Position numbers and translations under genes: made by a program. Positions 18,093 to 27,724 of a DNA stretch of 41,536 nt are shown here, piece after piece. Positions within the stretch are counted from its first letter, which is position 1, and each line of letters starts with the position of its first letter. Source of the stretch: Candidatus Elarobacter sp. (GTDB lineage Bacteria > Acidobacteriota > Terriglobia > Acidiferrales > UBA7541); assembly GCA_035639075.1 (NCBI GenBank), contig DASQYT010000176.1:1-41536 (forward strand). The letters run 5' to 3'. The notes under the pieces are model-generated. The model was not told where the DNA came from. It saw only the letters and a program-made list of their open reading frames with translations, and made no database searches.

Positions 18093-20552
18093 TTATTCGT
18101 AGCGCAGAGCCACGATGGGGTCGACACGCATAGCTCGGCGAGCAGGTATGGCGCACGCCGCCAGAGCCACAACGAGCAACAGGATCGTCACTCCCGAAAA
18201 CGTCAGCCAGTCGCGCGGCGTGACGCCGTAAAGCAAGCTGCTCAAGAGCCGCGTCAGCCCGAGGCCAGCGATAACGCCGATGGCCAGGCCAACCAGAATG
18301 GCGCGGATTCCCTGACGCAGCACAATGCGCATAATATCGCGCCGCTGCGCCCCAAGAGCCACGCGGATGCCAATTTCCCTGGTGCGCTGCAGCACCATAT
18401 GCGCAATCAACCCGTACAATCCGACGACAGCGAGAATTACTGCCAGCGTCGCGAAGCAGCCGATCAAGTAAGAAGGATATCGCCTGAGAAAAACAGACGG
18501 AGATTGCGCGGCAACCTCTTCCAGCGATTGTGGTTGTATCAGAGAAAGCTGAGGATCCATTTGCTGCAATGCGGCGCGGGCTGCTCCAATGAACCCGGAA
18601 GGCTGCCCCGCGGTGCGCACAAGGTAACTCAAGAAAGTTGAGGGCCCTTGGTCATTTGGCGTGTAGATGATGGCGGGAGGCGGCGCGGCGATATCAATCG
18701 ATGCGGTATCCGCTGCCACGCCCACGATTTGAAGATATGGATTTTTCGCGCTGTAAGTAAATCGGATGCGTTTCCCGACCGGATTCTCTCCCTGCAAATA
18801 AGCTTTCACAAAGGCGCGGCTCACAACAACGACTCCCTCCGTATCCTTGATGTCGTTCGCGGTAAAGAATCTCCCATCGACAAGAGGGATCTTTAGCGAG
18901 GAGAAATATCCCGTGCTGACAGTCATGATTTGGCATTCGTCTTCCTGCCCGAGGGCAGTGGGGCGGCCTTCGACCACGAAGCGGATTGTGCCGCCTCCTC
19001 CACTGGCGGGGATCGCGGACGCCTGGCCGACGTCAACGACTCTCGGCAAACTGCGGAGCTGCGCCGTGAATTCGTGATCGAAGCGCACCGCCGCCGCGCT
19101 GTAGTAGGGAGGCGTCTTGTCGCTCGGATAGGCGGAGTCCGGCAAGTTCACATAGAAAGTCAGCACGTTGTGCACATTGAAGCCCGGGTCTTGCCCCAGC
19201 AGCACGTGCAGACTCTTGAGCAGGAGCCCGGCGCCGACCAGCAGCACCAGCGAAATTGAAATTTCGGCGACGACCAGCGAATTTCGCAGTCGGGCGTGAG
19301 CCGTGCTCGTGCCGGCGCGCGATTCATCTTTCAAAATGTCATTCAACGAACTTCGAGAAGCCTGCAAACTGGGCGCCAGCCCGAAAAGTATTCCAGTTAG
19401 TACCGTGACGCCGCAAAGAAATAGAAGGACCGTGGTATTGATCCCCGCGTTCCGCAGAAAAGGCATCGCCTGCAACTGCTGCTCAGGAATCGCGGCCACC
19501 AGCAAACTAACGCCCCACTGGGCGCCCATGAGCCCGACGCCTGCGCCGATACTCGACAGCAACAAGCTTTCCGTGAGCAATTGGAAAAACAAACCGGCAC
19601 GGCTCGCGCCCAGCGCGGAACGCACGGCAAATTCCTTGCGCCGTCCAATCGATCGCGTCATCACCAGATTGGCCACGTTGGCGCAGGTGATCAGCAGAAC
19701 GAATCCCACCGCTCCCAAAAGGATCAGCAGGATGGGCCGGATCTTGCCCACGATTTGTTGATTGAGAGGCTCCATCACGAAAAACACCGAAGCGTTTTCC
19801 TTTGGGTGTTCCTGGGTGAGCTGCGCGTTTACGCTCTGCATTTCCGCGCGAGCCTGCACGGGAGAAAAGCCCGGAGCGATTCGCCCTACCACAGTGAGCC
19901 AGTGCAGGCTGCGGCGCGTGATGAGATCCCCGGTTTGGTGAATCGGTACCCAGACCGGCGCGGAATTAGCGGGCGCAAACTCAAAGTCGCGCGGAAGCAC
20001 GCCCACGATGCTCGCTGGTTTGCCGTCCAGGCGGACCGCGCGCCCCATAATGTTCGCATCCCCTCCAAATTCGGTGTGCCAGAATGCATCAGTCAGAATC
20101 GCAACGTGCGGCCCGTTCGACTGCATTTCGCCCTCGAGGAAATCCCGCCCGAGCGCCGGCTTCACGCCGAGAGTCGCGAAGAAATTAGGAGTAACTTGTT
20201 CGGCGAAGATGTTTTTCGGCTCGCTGTTTCCAGCTAGCGTGAAGGCGTCGCCGCTGTAAGCGGCGAAGGATTGCACGCTCTTGGCCGATTTCTTCCAATC
20301 CAGATAATCCGGATACGAAACTTGCGCGCCGTTCGCACTGTTGTCAGACTGGCTCCGCGCTTCGCCAAGATGAAAGAGCTTGTCGGGTTCATGGTAGGGC
20401 AGCGGCCGCAGCAGCGCCGAATAGACGACGGAGAAGATCGCTGTGTTGGCCCCGATGCCGAGAGCTAGCGTCAGCACGACGACCGTCGCGAACCCGGGAC
20501 TGTTCCCCAGCGTGCGAACGGCGTAGCGCAGATTTCGCATGAATGTGCCCAT
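18093..20552 (-). CDS. ABC permease of the ADOP type (duplicated MacB_PCD/FtsX)
   Basis: LRYAVRTL..SPGF..LALGIGANTAIFS, LLITCANVANL, RRKEFAVRSALGA, QRTREIGIRVALGA, PARRAMRVDPIVALRYE. No ATPase gene adjacent. GGAGG SD. Confidence 0.92.
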   Translation of the reverse strand: MGTFMRNLRYAVRTLGNSPGFATVVVLTLALGIGANTAIFSVVYSALLRPLPYHEPDKLFHLGEARSQSDNSANGAQVSYPDYLDWKKSAKSVQSFAAYSGDAFTLAGNSEPKNIFAEQVTPNFFATLGVKPALGRDFLEGEMQSNGPHVAILTDAFWHTEFGGDANIMGRAVRLDGKPASIVGVLPRDFEFAPANSAPVWVPIHQTGDLITRRSLHWLTVVGRIAPGFSPVQARAEMQSVNAQLTQEHPKENASVFFVMEPLNQQIVGKIRPILLILLGAVGFVLLITCANVANLVMTRSIGRRKEFAVRSALGASRAGLFFQLLTESLLLSSIGAGVGLMGAQWGVSLLVAAIPEQQLQAMPFLRNAGINTTVLLFLCGVTVLTGILFGLAPSLQASRSSLNDILKDESRAGTSTAHARLRNSLVVAEISISLVLLVGAGLLLKSLHVLLGQDPGFNVHNVLTFYVNLPDSAYPSDKTPPYYSAAAVRFDHEFTAQLRSLPRVVDVGQASAIPASGGGGTIRFVVEGRPTALGQEDECQIMTVSTGYFSSLKIPLVDGRFFTANDIKDTEGVVVVSRAFVKAYLQGENPVGKRIRFTYSAKNPYLQIVGVAADTASIDIAAPPPAIIYTPNDQGPSTFLSYLVRTAGQPSGFIGAARAALQQMDPQLSLIQPQSLEEVAAQSPSVFLRRYPSYLIGCFATLAVILAVVGLYGLIAHMVLQRTREIGIRVALGAQRRDIMRIVLRQGIRAILVGLAIGVIAGLGLTRLLSSLLYGVTPRDWLTFSGVTILLLVVALAACAIPARRAMRVDPIVALRYE

Positions 20553-20583
20553 CGTCTGCCTCCAAATCCAATTGAACTGCATG

Positions 20584-20599
20584 GGCAAGCCGTCAGCCA
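20584..20599 (-). promoter_or_regulatory. sigma54 (-24/-12) promoter of the ADOP permease
   Basis: Minus strand TGGCTGACGGCTTGCC, GG-N10-GC with TTGC, about 30 nt upstream of ATG 20552. Confidence 0.6.
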
Positions 20600-20738
20600 T
20601 CGCACGGTTCACTTACGTTGCTGAGCAAGAACGACTTATGGGGGAACGTTGGACAAGAAGGAAGTTGCCGGTGCCCGTTAATGGGACGGGGAGTGCGGAT
20701 TCGGACAGCCAACCGACGCATCAATCTCCACACGACGG

Positions 20739-21482
20739 CTACTTTGCATCGTGAAAAATAATCCCCAGCGCGTAGCGCGTGCCGCGGTGGACGCGGCTGA
20801 CGCCGTGCCGCAAATTCACGCGGTAGTAGCCGCGCGAACCTTTAACAGGCCGGTATCGCGTCGTGAAAACAATCGCCTGGCCCTGGTCGGCAATCACCAC
20901 CTGCGGCTTGGACTGCGCGCGCGGTTGCTGTTCCACGAGGACGAATTCTCCGCCTTCCCAATCGCGGCCTTGCTGGCCAAGCAGGAAAACCATTTGCAGC
21001 GGAAAGCTCACCTCACCGTAGAGATCCTGATGCAGGCAGTTGTACCCGCCGGCTTCGTAATGAAGCATCAGCGGCGTGGGTTTGGTCTGCCCGGCTTTGT
21101 GGCAAGTTTTCACGAAGGCCGCATGTTCCTGAGGATAGGGAGACGTTCGGTCACCAAAAGCTTCCGCCCAGCGATTTGCAACTACGGCGAGATGCGGATA
21201 CGCGCTGCTCCTGAGCTCGGCGACCAATTCCGGAAGCGGGTTCGCAAAATACTTGTAGTCGCCAATCCCGAAGCGGTAGCGCTCCATTATGATGTGACTG
21301 CGAAAGTGGGTCGCGTCGTTATAGAGCGCGGTTAACTCGCCGCATTCCGCAGGCGAGAGAACCGGAGTCGTAACCGCGTAGCCGCGCTCCGAAAGAGACT
21401 GCTCGGCGCCGCTCCAGTCCAGTGCGTCGATTCGCTCGGCGATGGAACGTCTCGCGAGACTATTTCTTGCTGCGTGAGCCAT
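20739..21482 (-). CDS. 2OG-Fe(II) oxygenase (DUF2086-like)
   Basis: NCLHQDLYG (HxD), GGEFVLVEQQPRAQS, RHGVSRV..G.R..LGIIFHDA. Confidence 0.85.
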   Translation of the reverse strand: MAHAARNSLARRSIAERIDALDWSGAEQSLSERGYAVTTPVLSPAECGELTALYNDATHFRSHIIMERYRFGIGDYKYFANPLPELVAELRSSAYPHLAVVANRWAEAFGDRTSPYPQEHAAFVKTCHKAGQTKPTPLMLHYEAGGYNCLHQDLYGEVSFPLQMVFLLGQQGRDWEGGEFVLVEQQPRAQSKPQVVIADQGQAIVFTTRYRPVKGSRGYYRVNLRHGVSRVHRGTRYALGIIFHDAK

Positions 21483-21762
21483 GCAAGCCCCCAAAGTTTC
21501 TCTGCTCGCGACTGTCAAACTAGAAGCCTAGAGCGAAGGCTTAAGAAAATCTATCCGATCTTCGCCATCAAATTTTTCGTTGCCGCCATCCAAAAATACC
21601 GGAGGACGCTCGCCGGCCCGTCCGTGTTGCAACTGGCTCTTAAATCCTCCATCGATTCGGTGCTATAGTGGGGCGTAAGCCGGGTGAAATAATCCGGCCG
21701 CTCTTGTTGCGGCGGAGAGCAGCAAGATTACCGGAAACGATTTGCGCGTTGAGGAGGGCCGG

Positions 21763-22983
21763 ATGAAAACCAACGAGATTCTTTCCAATGGTTCGCGGAG
21801 GACGTTTCTCCAGTTGTCGGCTGCGGCCACCGCGGCAGCAGCGTTCCGCATTACCACCGAGGCGTCTCTCGCGGCGGAAGATCGCAAAGTTTTTCACCCG
21901 GGAGCGGTGGTGATCGACGCAAACGAAAATCCGCTCGGACCCTGCGACGCCGCGCGCAAAGCTATCGTGGACATGGCCCCGCAAGGCGGGCGCTATTCCT
22001 ATTGGCTCGCGGAAGAATTCGTCAAAACTTTCACGGAAATGGAAGGCCTCAAGCCGGAATATGTGCGCGTGTTTCCAGGTTCGAGCGAGCCGCTGCATTT
22101 TTCCGTGCTGGCGTTTACGTCGCCGGCGAAAAGCTACGTCACCGCCGATCCCGGTTACGAAGCCGGCATGAAAGCGGCAAAAATTTCCGGAGCGCGCATT
22201 GTCAAGACTCCGCTGACGAAAACCTACGCGCACGACATCAAGGCCATGCTCGCGGCGGCTCCGGACGCCGGGCTCTTCTATGTGTGTAGCCCAAATAATC
22301 CCACGGGCACGCTGACGCCGCATTCCGACATCGAGCAGCTTTTGGCGGCGAAGCCGAAGGGCTCGGTCGTCCTCGTCGATGAAGCCTACATCCATTTTTC
22401 CGACGGCGTCAGCGCCCTTGATCTCGTCAAGGCTGATCGGGACGTGATCGTGTTGCGCACCTTCTCGAAGATTTACGGTATGGCGGGAATTCGCTGCGGG
22501 ATGGCTATCGGGCGTCCCGACTTGCTGGCGAAGCTGGAGAATTTCAGCGGCTGGAGCGCCATGCCCATCACCGCGCTAGCTGCGGCAACCGCCAGCCTGA
22601 AGCACGAGCATCTCGTTGCCGACCGCAAAAAGCTGAACGCCGAAATCCGCCAAAAGACGTTTGACTGGCTCGGGAGCCACGGCCATTCCTTCGTCCCCTC
22701 CGAGTCCAACTGTTTCATGCTGGACACCAAGCGCCCCGCCAAAGAAGTCATTGATTCGATGGCTGCTCGCAACGTGTTCATCGGCCGGATTTGGCCCGTG
22801 TGGCCGACCTACACGCGCATTACCGTCGGCACCCAGCAGGACATGGAAGCTTTCCAGGTAGCTTTCCAAGCCGTGATGAAGAACGACAAGAGCGTCAGCT
22901 TGGCGCTACCGGCAACACCCGCGATTTTGCGCAACAACCGCATGTACGCCGACGGCCAAATGCTGCCCCGCGTTTCATCGTGA
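21763..22983 (+). CDS. Class I/II PLP-dependent aminotransferase (HisC-like) with twin-arginine signal
   Basis: SRRTFLQ Tat motif, NENPLG, CSPNNPTG, VDEAY, RTFSKIYGMAGIRCG (PLP Lys), RITVG. GAGGAGG SD. Confidence 0.9.
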   Translation: MKTNEILSNGSRRTFLQLSAAATAAAAFRITTEASLAAEDRKVFHPGAVVIDANENPLGPCDAARKAIVDMAPQGGRYSYWLAEEFVKTFTEMEGLKPEYVRVFPGSSEPLHFSVLAFTSPAKSYVTADPGYEAGMKAAKISGARIVKTPLTKTYAHDIKAMLAAAPDAGLFYVCSPNNPTGTLTPHSDIEQLLAAKPKGSVVLVDEAYIHFSDGVSALDLVKADRDVIVLRTFSKIYGMAGIRCGMAIGRPDLLAKLENFSGWSAMPITALAAATASLKHEHLVADRKKLNAEIRQKTFDWLGSHGHSFVPSESNCFMLDTKRPAKEVIDSMAARNVFIGRIWPVWPTYTRITVGTQQDMEAFQVAFQAVMKNDKSVSLALPATPAILRNNRMYADGQMLPRVSS

Positions 22984-23023
22984 GCGTTTTGATGGGTTGT
23001 TGAAGATGCCTTACGGCAGGGTA

Positions 23024-23051
23024 TCATTCCGAGCGAAGCGAGGAATCTGCT
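23024..23051 (+). repeat. REP-like dispersed repeat TCATTCCGAGCGAAGCGAGGAATCTGCT
   Basis: Both halves recur in reverse orientation at 30880-30942 (with an insert). A related variant lies at 30423-30457. Confidence 0.75.
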
Positions 23052-23263
23052 TTCTTCTGAGACCTTCTCTCACGAACCCGTCTACGGACCGTTTCGTGTA
23101 CCGTCTCCGCCCGACCTGAAGTGAGCCCGCTCAACACTCCAATATATTTCTCTGCGGCCGCGTGCAGCTTGCGCTGTGCCTCGTCTCTAGACACATCGAG
23201 TGCGCTTTTCTTCAGCCATTCGCAAGCCTGGCGTCGACTATAAATTTCATCTTCATCTCTCAT
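23024..23263 (-). pseudogene. Short ORF, possibly a truncated antitoxin-like remnant; stop lies inside a REP-like repeat
   Basis: 79 aa. KYIGVLSG...VRRRVRERR loosely resembles the C-terminal half of RHH antitoxins. No clear SD. Confidence 0.25.
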
Positions 23264-23391
23264 GTTCTACATTATAGTCCCGCGTTGGCCCCATAAGTCT
23301 CTTCATCCGTCGGTGACGGAGGTTGAGCGTCGGTTGAGGTAACGTGGGCTCCCAGTTTTACGCTAACGATTAGGTTAAAGAGGCAGAAGGC

Positions 23392-24747
23392 TCAGGCGTG
23401 CGCTTCCGGCGCATGCGCGTTCGCAGGCGCGAGCGGTACGTTGCCGTGAAACTGCTCGGCTTCCGTCGAACCGGCCAGCGCTGTGGTGGAAGAATTGCCA
23501 CTGGAAACCACCTGCGCGATTTCGTCGAAATAGCCCGTACCCACAAAGCGCTGGTGCGTGACGGCCCGATAGCCCAGTTCCTGCGAAGCGAATTCTTCCT
23601 GCTGAAGTTTTGAGTACGCCGTCATTCCCGCCTGCGCATAGCCGCGCGCCAGATGGAACATGGACATGTTCAGCGCATGGAATCCCGCCAGCGTTACGAA
23701 CTGGAATTTGTACCCCATTTTCCCGAGTTCTTGCTGGAAGTTGGCAATTGTTACGTCGTCGAGCTTTTTCTTCCAGTTGAACGACGGCGAGCAATTGTAC
23801 GCCAGCAGTTTGCCTGGGAATTTTGCGTGAATGGCGTCGGCGAATTTCTTCGCTTCCGCGAGATCTGGCGTCGACGTTTCGCACCAGAGCATGTCGGCGT
23901 ACGGCGCATAAGCGATCCCGCGCGCGATGGCCGCATCAATGCCCCCGCGATATTGGTAAAAACCTTCGGGCGTGCGTTCGCCGTAAATGAATTCCCGGTC
24001 GCGCGGGTCGGCGTCGGAAAGTAGGAGACCGGCGGAGTTGGCATCTGTCCGCGCGATCAGAATCGTCGGCACGCCGCAAACGTCGGCAGCCAGTCGCGCC
24101 GCCACAAGTTTCTCGATGAACTCCCGCGTGGGCACCACCACTTTGCCGCCCAGATGCCCGCACTTCTTCGCTGAGGAGAGTTGATCTTCGAAGTGCACCC
24201 CCGCCGCGCCCGCTTCAATCATCGTTTTCATCAACTCGTAAGCATTCAGCGAGCCGCCAAAGCCGGCCTCCGCATCCGCGACAATCGGCGCAAACCAGTA
24301 CGTGCCGGACTTCTTGCCCTCGGCGGATTCAATCTGGTCCGCACGCATTAACGCGCGATTGATGCGCTTCACCAGGTTCGGCGCGGAGTCGCACGGATAG
24401 AGACTCTGGTCGGGATACACGTCGCCCGCGGTATTGCCGTCAGCGGCAACTTGCCATCCGCTTCCATAAATCGCTTTCAGCCCCGCCTGCACCATTTCAA
24501 TCGCTTGGTTCCCCGTGATGGCGCCAAGCGCGGGAACGTACGCGTCTGTGTGCATCAGATTCCAGAGCCGCTCTGCTCCCAGCCGCGCCAGCGTGTACTC
24601 GATCTGGATCGAGCCGCGCAGCCGCAGCACATCTGAGTAAGAGTAAGGACGCGTGATGCCGGACCAGCGGGGATCAGTGCTCCAATAGTTGAGTGGCTGA
24701 TGTTTGCGCCCGTTCCCATTGGCCCCGTTCGTTCCGTTTGTCGACAT
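23392..24747 (-). CDS. aceA: Isocitrate lyase
   Basis: [19 protein letters not shown] catalytic motif, [34 protein letters not shown]. Confidence 0.97.
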   Translation of the reverse strand: MSTNGTNGANGNGRKHQPLNYWSTDPRWSGITRPYSYSDVLRLRGSIQIEYTLARLGAERLWNLMHTDAYVPALGAITGNQAIEMVQAGLKAIYGSGWQVAADGNTAGDVYPDQSLYPCDSAPNLVKRINRALMRADQIESAEGKKSGTYWFAPIVADAEAGFGGSLNAYELMKTMIEAGAAGVHFEDQLSSAKKCGHLGGKVVVPTREFIEKLVAARLAADVCGVPTILIARTDANSAGLLLSDADPRDREFIYGERTPEGFYQYRGGIDAAIARGIAYAPYADMLWCETSTPDLAEAKKFADAIHAKFPGKLLAYNCSPSFNWKKKLDDVTIANFQQELGKMGYKFQFVTLAGFHALNMSMFHLARGYAQAGMTAYSKLQQEEFASQELGYRAVTHQRFVGTGYFDEIAQVVSSGNSSTTALAGSTEAEQFHGNVPLAPANAHAPEAHA

Positions 24748-24802
24748 TTTGCTATTCCTTACCTTTCCTGCGGCATCCAACCAAAGACTACGAAATCTCT
24801 TC

Positions 24803-26413
24803 TCACGCTGGATTAAACTCTTCGCGCCGGATCATTTCTTCACTGATCCTCCGCGCCTCGCGAAGCGTAGCTTCCCTCTGCCCATCGCTGCTCTTCTCTG
24901 ATTCGCGCAACAGGCGTTCAAGCTCTTCGTCAAACAGATCGCGGATAAATTCCGGCGTATGACGAACCAGCGCGCCATTGTCATCCACAACTTCGACGTG
25001 GCTCGAATGCCTCATGCGCTGCGCGATCATCAAGCGGTAAATGCGGTCGGTGGCGAGATCTTCCATGTAGCCGTCCAGCAAACTCGCACCCTTGCCGTTC
25101 AGAACCCCGTTCCGGTAGCGAATCACCGTGCGAACCGCCGCGCGTGTTCCTGCCAGCGTGCGCTTGCCGACTCCCTTCGGCAACGGCCGAAGATCGGGAT
25201 GCGTGTTGCCATCCGCGGGGCGCGCCTGAAGTTGATTCGGAGCAAGGAACTGGCTCACCGCGATTTCGTTTTGATCGGGATGGCCCGTCCACGCGCCGTC
25301 CATCAGCGAATTGGCTTCGTTCTTTTTGTCCTCAGCAAGGATTTTTAGCGCCCGCGCATTCAGCTCCGCATCTTCCCGGCTGGGGTACAGAGCGGTCATT
25401 CCGCCGATGGCGAGCATTCCGTGTTTGTGGCAAATTTCCGGCATGAGATTGCGCAAATTCTGGAAGAACGCCACGTTGTGCGGAATGGTGTTGCGGTCGG
25501 GGAGTACCCACTCCGGATTTTCCAGATTGAAGTGAATCAAGCTGGCCATGTAATCCCATCGCCCGAGGTTCAGTCCCAGGATGTGGTCGCGAAGATTCCA
25601 GGCAAACTCCTCCATCTGATAAGCCAGCGGATGCGATTCCACCAGCGCCATGCACTTGATGGCGTTCGCCGGCAAGCCCTTAAGCCGCGCAATCATCTGG
25701 AAAAGATCGCGCCACCACAGAGCTTCGTCGGCGGATTCCGACTTCGGAATGTAAATGCACAGCGGATGCTTAAGCGCGCTGAAATCCACCTGATAAGCCA
25801 CCATCGCGACGTCGAACAGTGAAGCGGGAAGTAATTCCCCTTGCAGAACGCCGGCCTGGTGCAGGTGCAATCCGCGGGGCCGCGTGAAAATCACCGTGGA
25901 ACTAGGATTGATACCGACGGTTTTGTCGCGCTTGCGGCCAAAGTAGGTGAGTCGGCCCGCCAGCGCTTCCAGAATGTTCTTGATGCCTCGCGAATTGTGC
26001 TCCCAGGTATTGGCGGTGGAGTCTTCCAGATCGAGCATCACGCCGGGAGCACCGGAATTCAGCATCTTCACCACGAGGTCGGCGTCATCGGCAGGCCCGG
26101 TCATCTGGTTCCGCTGATCGGCGCACCACGCGGGAAGCTCAATGCGCCAGGAGTTTGTCGTGGCTACCGAGGGCGGCAAGTAATCGGGAAGTTTGCCGGC
26201 GTGTGCTTCGGCCAGGGCAAAATCACGGCGTGCGACCAAGGCGCGCTGGCGCAAGGTTAGCGCGGCGTGCAGCGACGCAAGGAATTCGAGAAAGCCCTCG
26301 GGCAGATCCCGCGCGGCATCGAAATCCGCCGGAGCGGAGTTGACTGGAACGATCCGATTCGCGAAAGGCCACGGCTCCATTGACGGATTCGGTTTCGTCG
26401 TAGCGGATGCCAT
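24803..26413 (-). CDS. aceB: Malate synthase (A-type size, divergent)
   Basis: [48 protein letters not shown]. Directly upstream of aceA. Confidence 0.9.
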   Translation of the reverse strand: MASATTKPNPSMEPWPFANRIVPVNSAPADFDAARDLPEGFLEFLASLHAALTLRQRALVARRDFALAEAHAGKLPDYLPPSVATTNSWRIELPAWCADQRNQMTGPADDADLVVKMLNSGAPGVMLDLEDSTANTWEHNSRGIKNILEALAGRLTYFGRKRDKTVGINPSSTVIFTRPRGLHLHQAGVLQGELLPASLFDVAMVAYQVDFSALKHPLCIYIPKSESADEALWWRDLFQMIARLKGLPANAIKCMALVESHPLAYQMEEFAWNLRDHILGLNLGRWDYMASLIHFNLENPEWVLPDRNTIPHNVAFFQNLRNLMPEICHKHGMLAIGGMTALYPSREDAELNARALKILAEDKKNEANSLMDGAWTGHPDQNEIAVSQFLAPNQLQARPADGNTHPDLRPLPKGVGKRTLAGTRAAVRTVIRYRNGVLNGKGASLLDGYMEDLATDRIYRLMIAQRMRHSSHVEVVDDNGALVRHTPEFIRDLFDEELERLLRESEKSSDGQREATLREARRISEEMIRREEFNPA

Positions 26414-26634
26414 GATTTACCTGATCCCTTTCCCACCAAATTGAGCGAAGGCCGTCCGCAGGGAGGGTACGGCAATTGGGAGGCCAATTGTTCCAAGAAC
26501 CTGGTTTCTAAAGCCAAGCCGTTCAGATAGATAAGAGCATCGCCGCGGGGCAGTCAGGCAGGCGTGGAAAATTCCGGTCATTATGTCGAGAAATTTGCAC
26601 ATCCATGGCGAGCATTTTCTCAGATTCGCCAACC

Positions 26635-26749
26635 TGTTCAATATGTTGAACATGTGTTCAGTTCTCCCTGATCCTTTTGATACCTAACACCGGTGTAGGG
26701 TTGCAACTCTGTGTTCAATATCCTGAACATGTATTCTATGCTGTGGACA
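26635..26749. promoter_or_regulatory. Probable IclR operators
   Basis: TGTTCAATATGTTGAACA (26635-26652) and TGTTCAATATCCTGAACA (26712-26729), each followed after 2 nt by a degenerate copy. Confidence 0.7.
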
Positions 26750-26775
26750 TAACCGGAACTTATAGGAGTCCGCCC

Positions 26776-27564
26776 ATGCCAGCCTCAGACGCCAGTCCCG
26801 CAGTTGCCGTCGAGCGCGCCCTGAACATTCTCGAAGCCGCGGCCAACCGCCGCGACGGAATGACCAATTCGGAGATCAGCCGCAAACTGGCCATCCCCAA
26901 GAGTTCCGCCAGCTACATTTTGCGCACCCTCGAAAGACGCGGCTATTTGCGCCGCGAGGCGGAAACGGGACGCTACCGCCTCGGTCTCAAGATCCTCAGT
27001 CTCGGCGGAGACGCGCAAGCCAATCTGGACATCGCCGACGTCGCGCTGCCGTTCATGCGGATGCTCAGCGAGAAGATTCGAATGACCGTGCACCTGGCGG
27101 TGTTGGACCAGGGCGAAGCGGTCTACATCGAAAAAGTAGAAGCCCCCGGATTTTTCAAGGTGAACACCTGGGTGGGGCGGCGCATGTTTTTGCATTCCAC
27201 AAGCGTCGGAAAATGTTTGCTGGCCTGGCTGCCGAAAGACGACGTGGAGACAATTGTGAAGCAGCAAGGACTGAAAAAAAGAACGCCGAAAACGATCACC
27301 TCCATCACAAAACTTCTTGCCGATCTCGAACACGCGAAGCAATCAGGTTACGCCGTGGACGACGAAGAAAACAGTTTGGGTGCGCGGTGCCTTGGCGCGC
27401 CCATTTTCGACGCCATGGGAAATGTAACCGCGGCGCTCGGCGCCAGCGGCACGCTGACGCAAATGGACGAAGACGGCATGCCGCGAATTATCGACGCGCT
27501 CAAGGAAACGGCGCGACGTATTTCGCGGCAGTTGCAGAGAAGCGGGAGCGCGGGAGCCGCGTAG
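26776..27564 (+). CDS. iclR: IclR-family transcriptional regulator
   Basis: AVERALNILE..IPKSSASYILRTLERRGYL, HSTSVGKCLLA, GYAVDDEE. Divergent from aceBA. Confidence 0.93.
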   Translation: MPASDASPAVAVERALNILEAAANRRDGMTNSEISRKLAIPKSSASYILRTLERRGYLRREAETGRYRLGLKILSLGGDAQANLDIADVALPFMRMLSEKIRMTVHLAVLDQGEAVYIEKVEAPGFFKVNTWVGRRMFLHSTSVGKCLLAWLPKDDVETIVKQQGLKKRTPKTITSITKLLADLEHAKQSGYAVDDEENSLGARCLGAPIFDAMGNVTAALGASGTLTQMDEDGMPRIIDALKETARRISRQLQRSGSAGAA

Positions 27565-27724
27565 CAAGCGGCCCCGTACTCACGAACTACTTGCCATTGC
27601 CAGCGGCTACCAAGTAGCAAGCGGTCCCGCGCACTCAAAAAATTGCTTGTCGTCGCGGGCTGGCTACCCGAGTAAGCGGCCCCGCGCACCCGAACAATTA
27701 TTTGCCGTTGCCGACGACGACTAA
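27561..27724. repeat. Three degenerate tandem copies (~53-57 bp) spanning the iclR stop and the BON-gene 3' end
   Basis: Units begin GTAGCAAGCGGCCCCG (27561), GTAGCAAGCGGTCCCG (27614) and AGTAAGCGGCCCCG (27671). Confidence 0.75.

Noticed and set aside
27561-27724. Mini CRISPR array
   Set aside because: Spacers resemble each other and the BON gene end, repeats are degenerate, and there are no cas genes. It is a tandem triplication.
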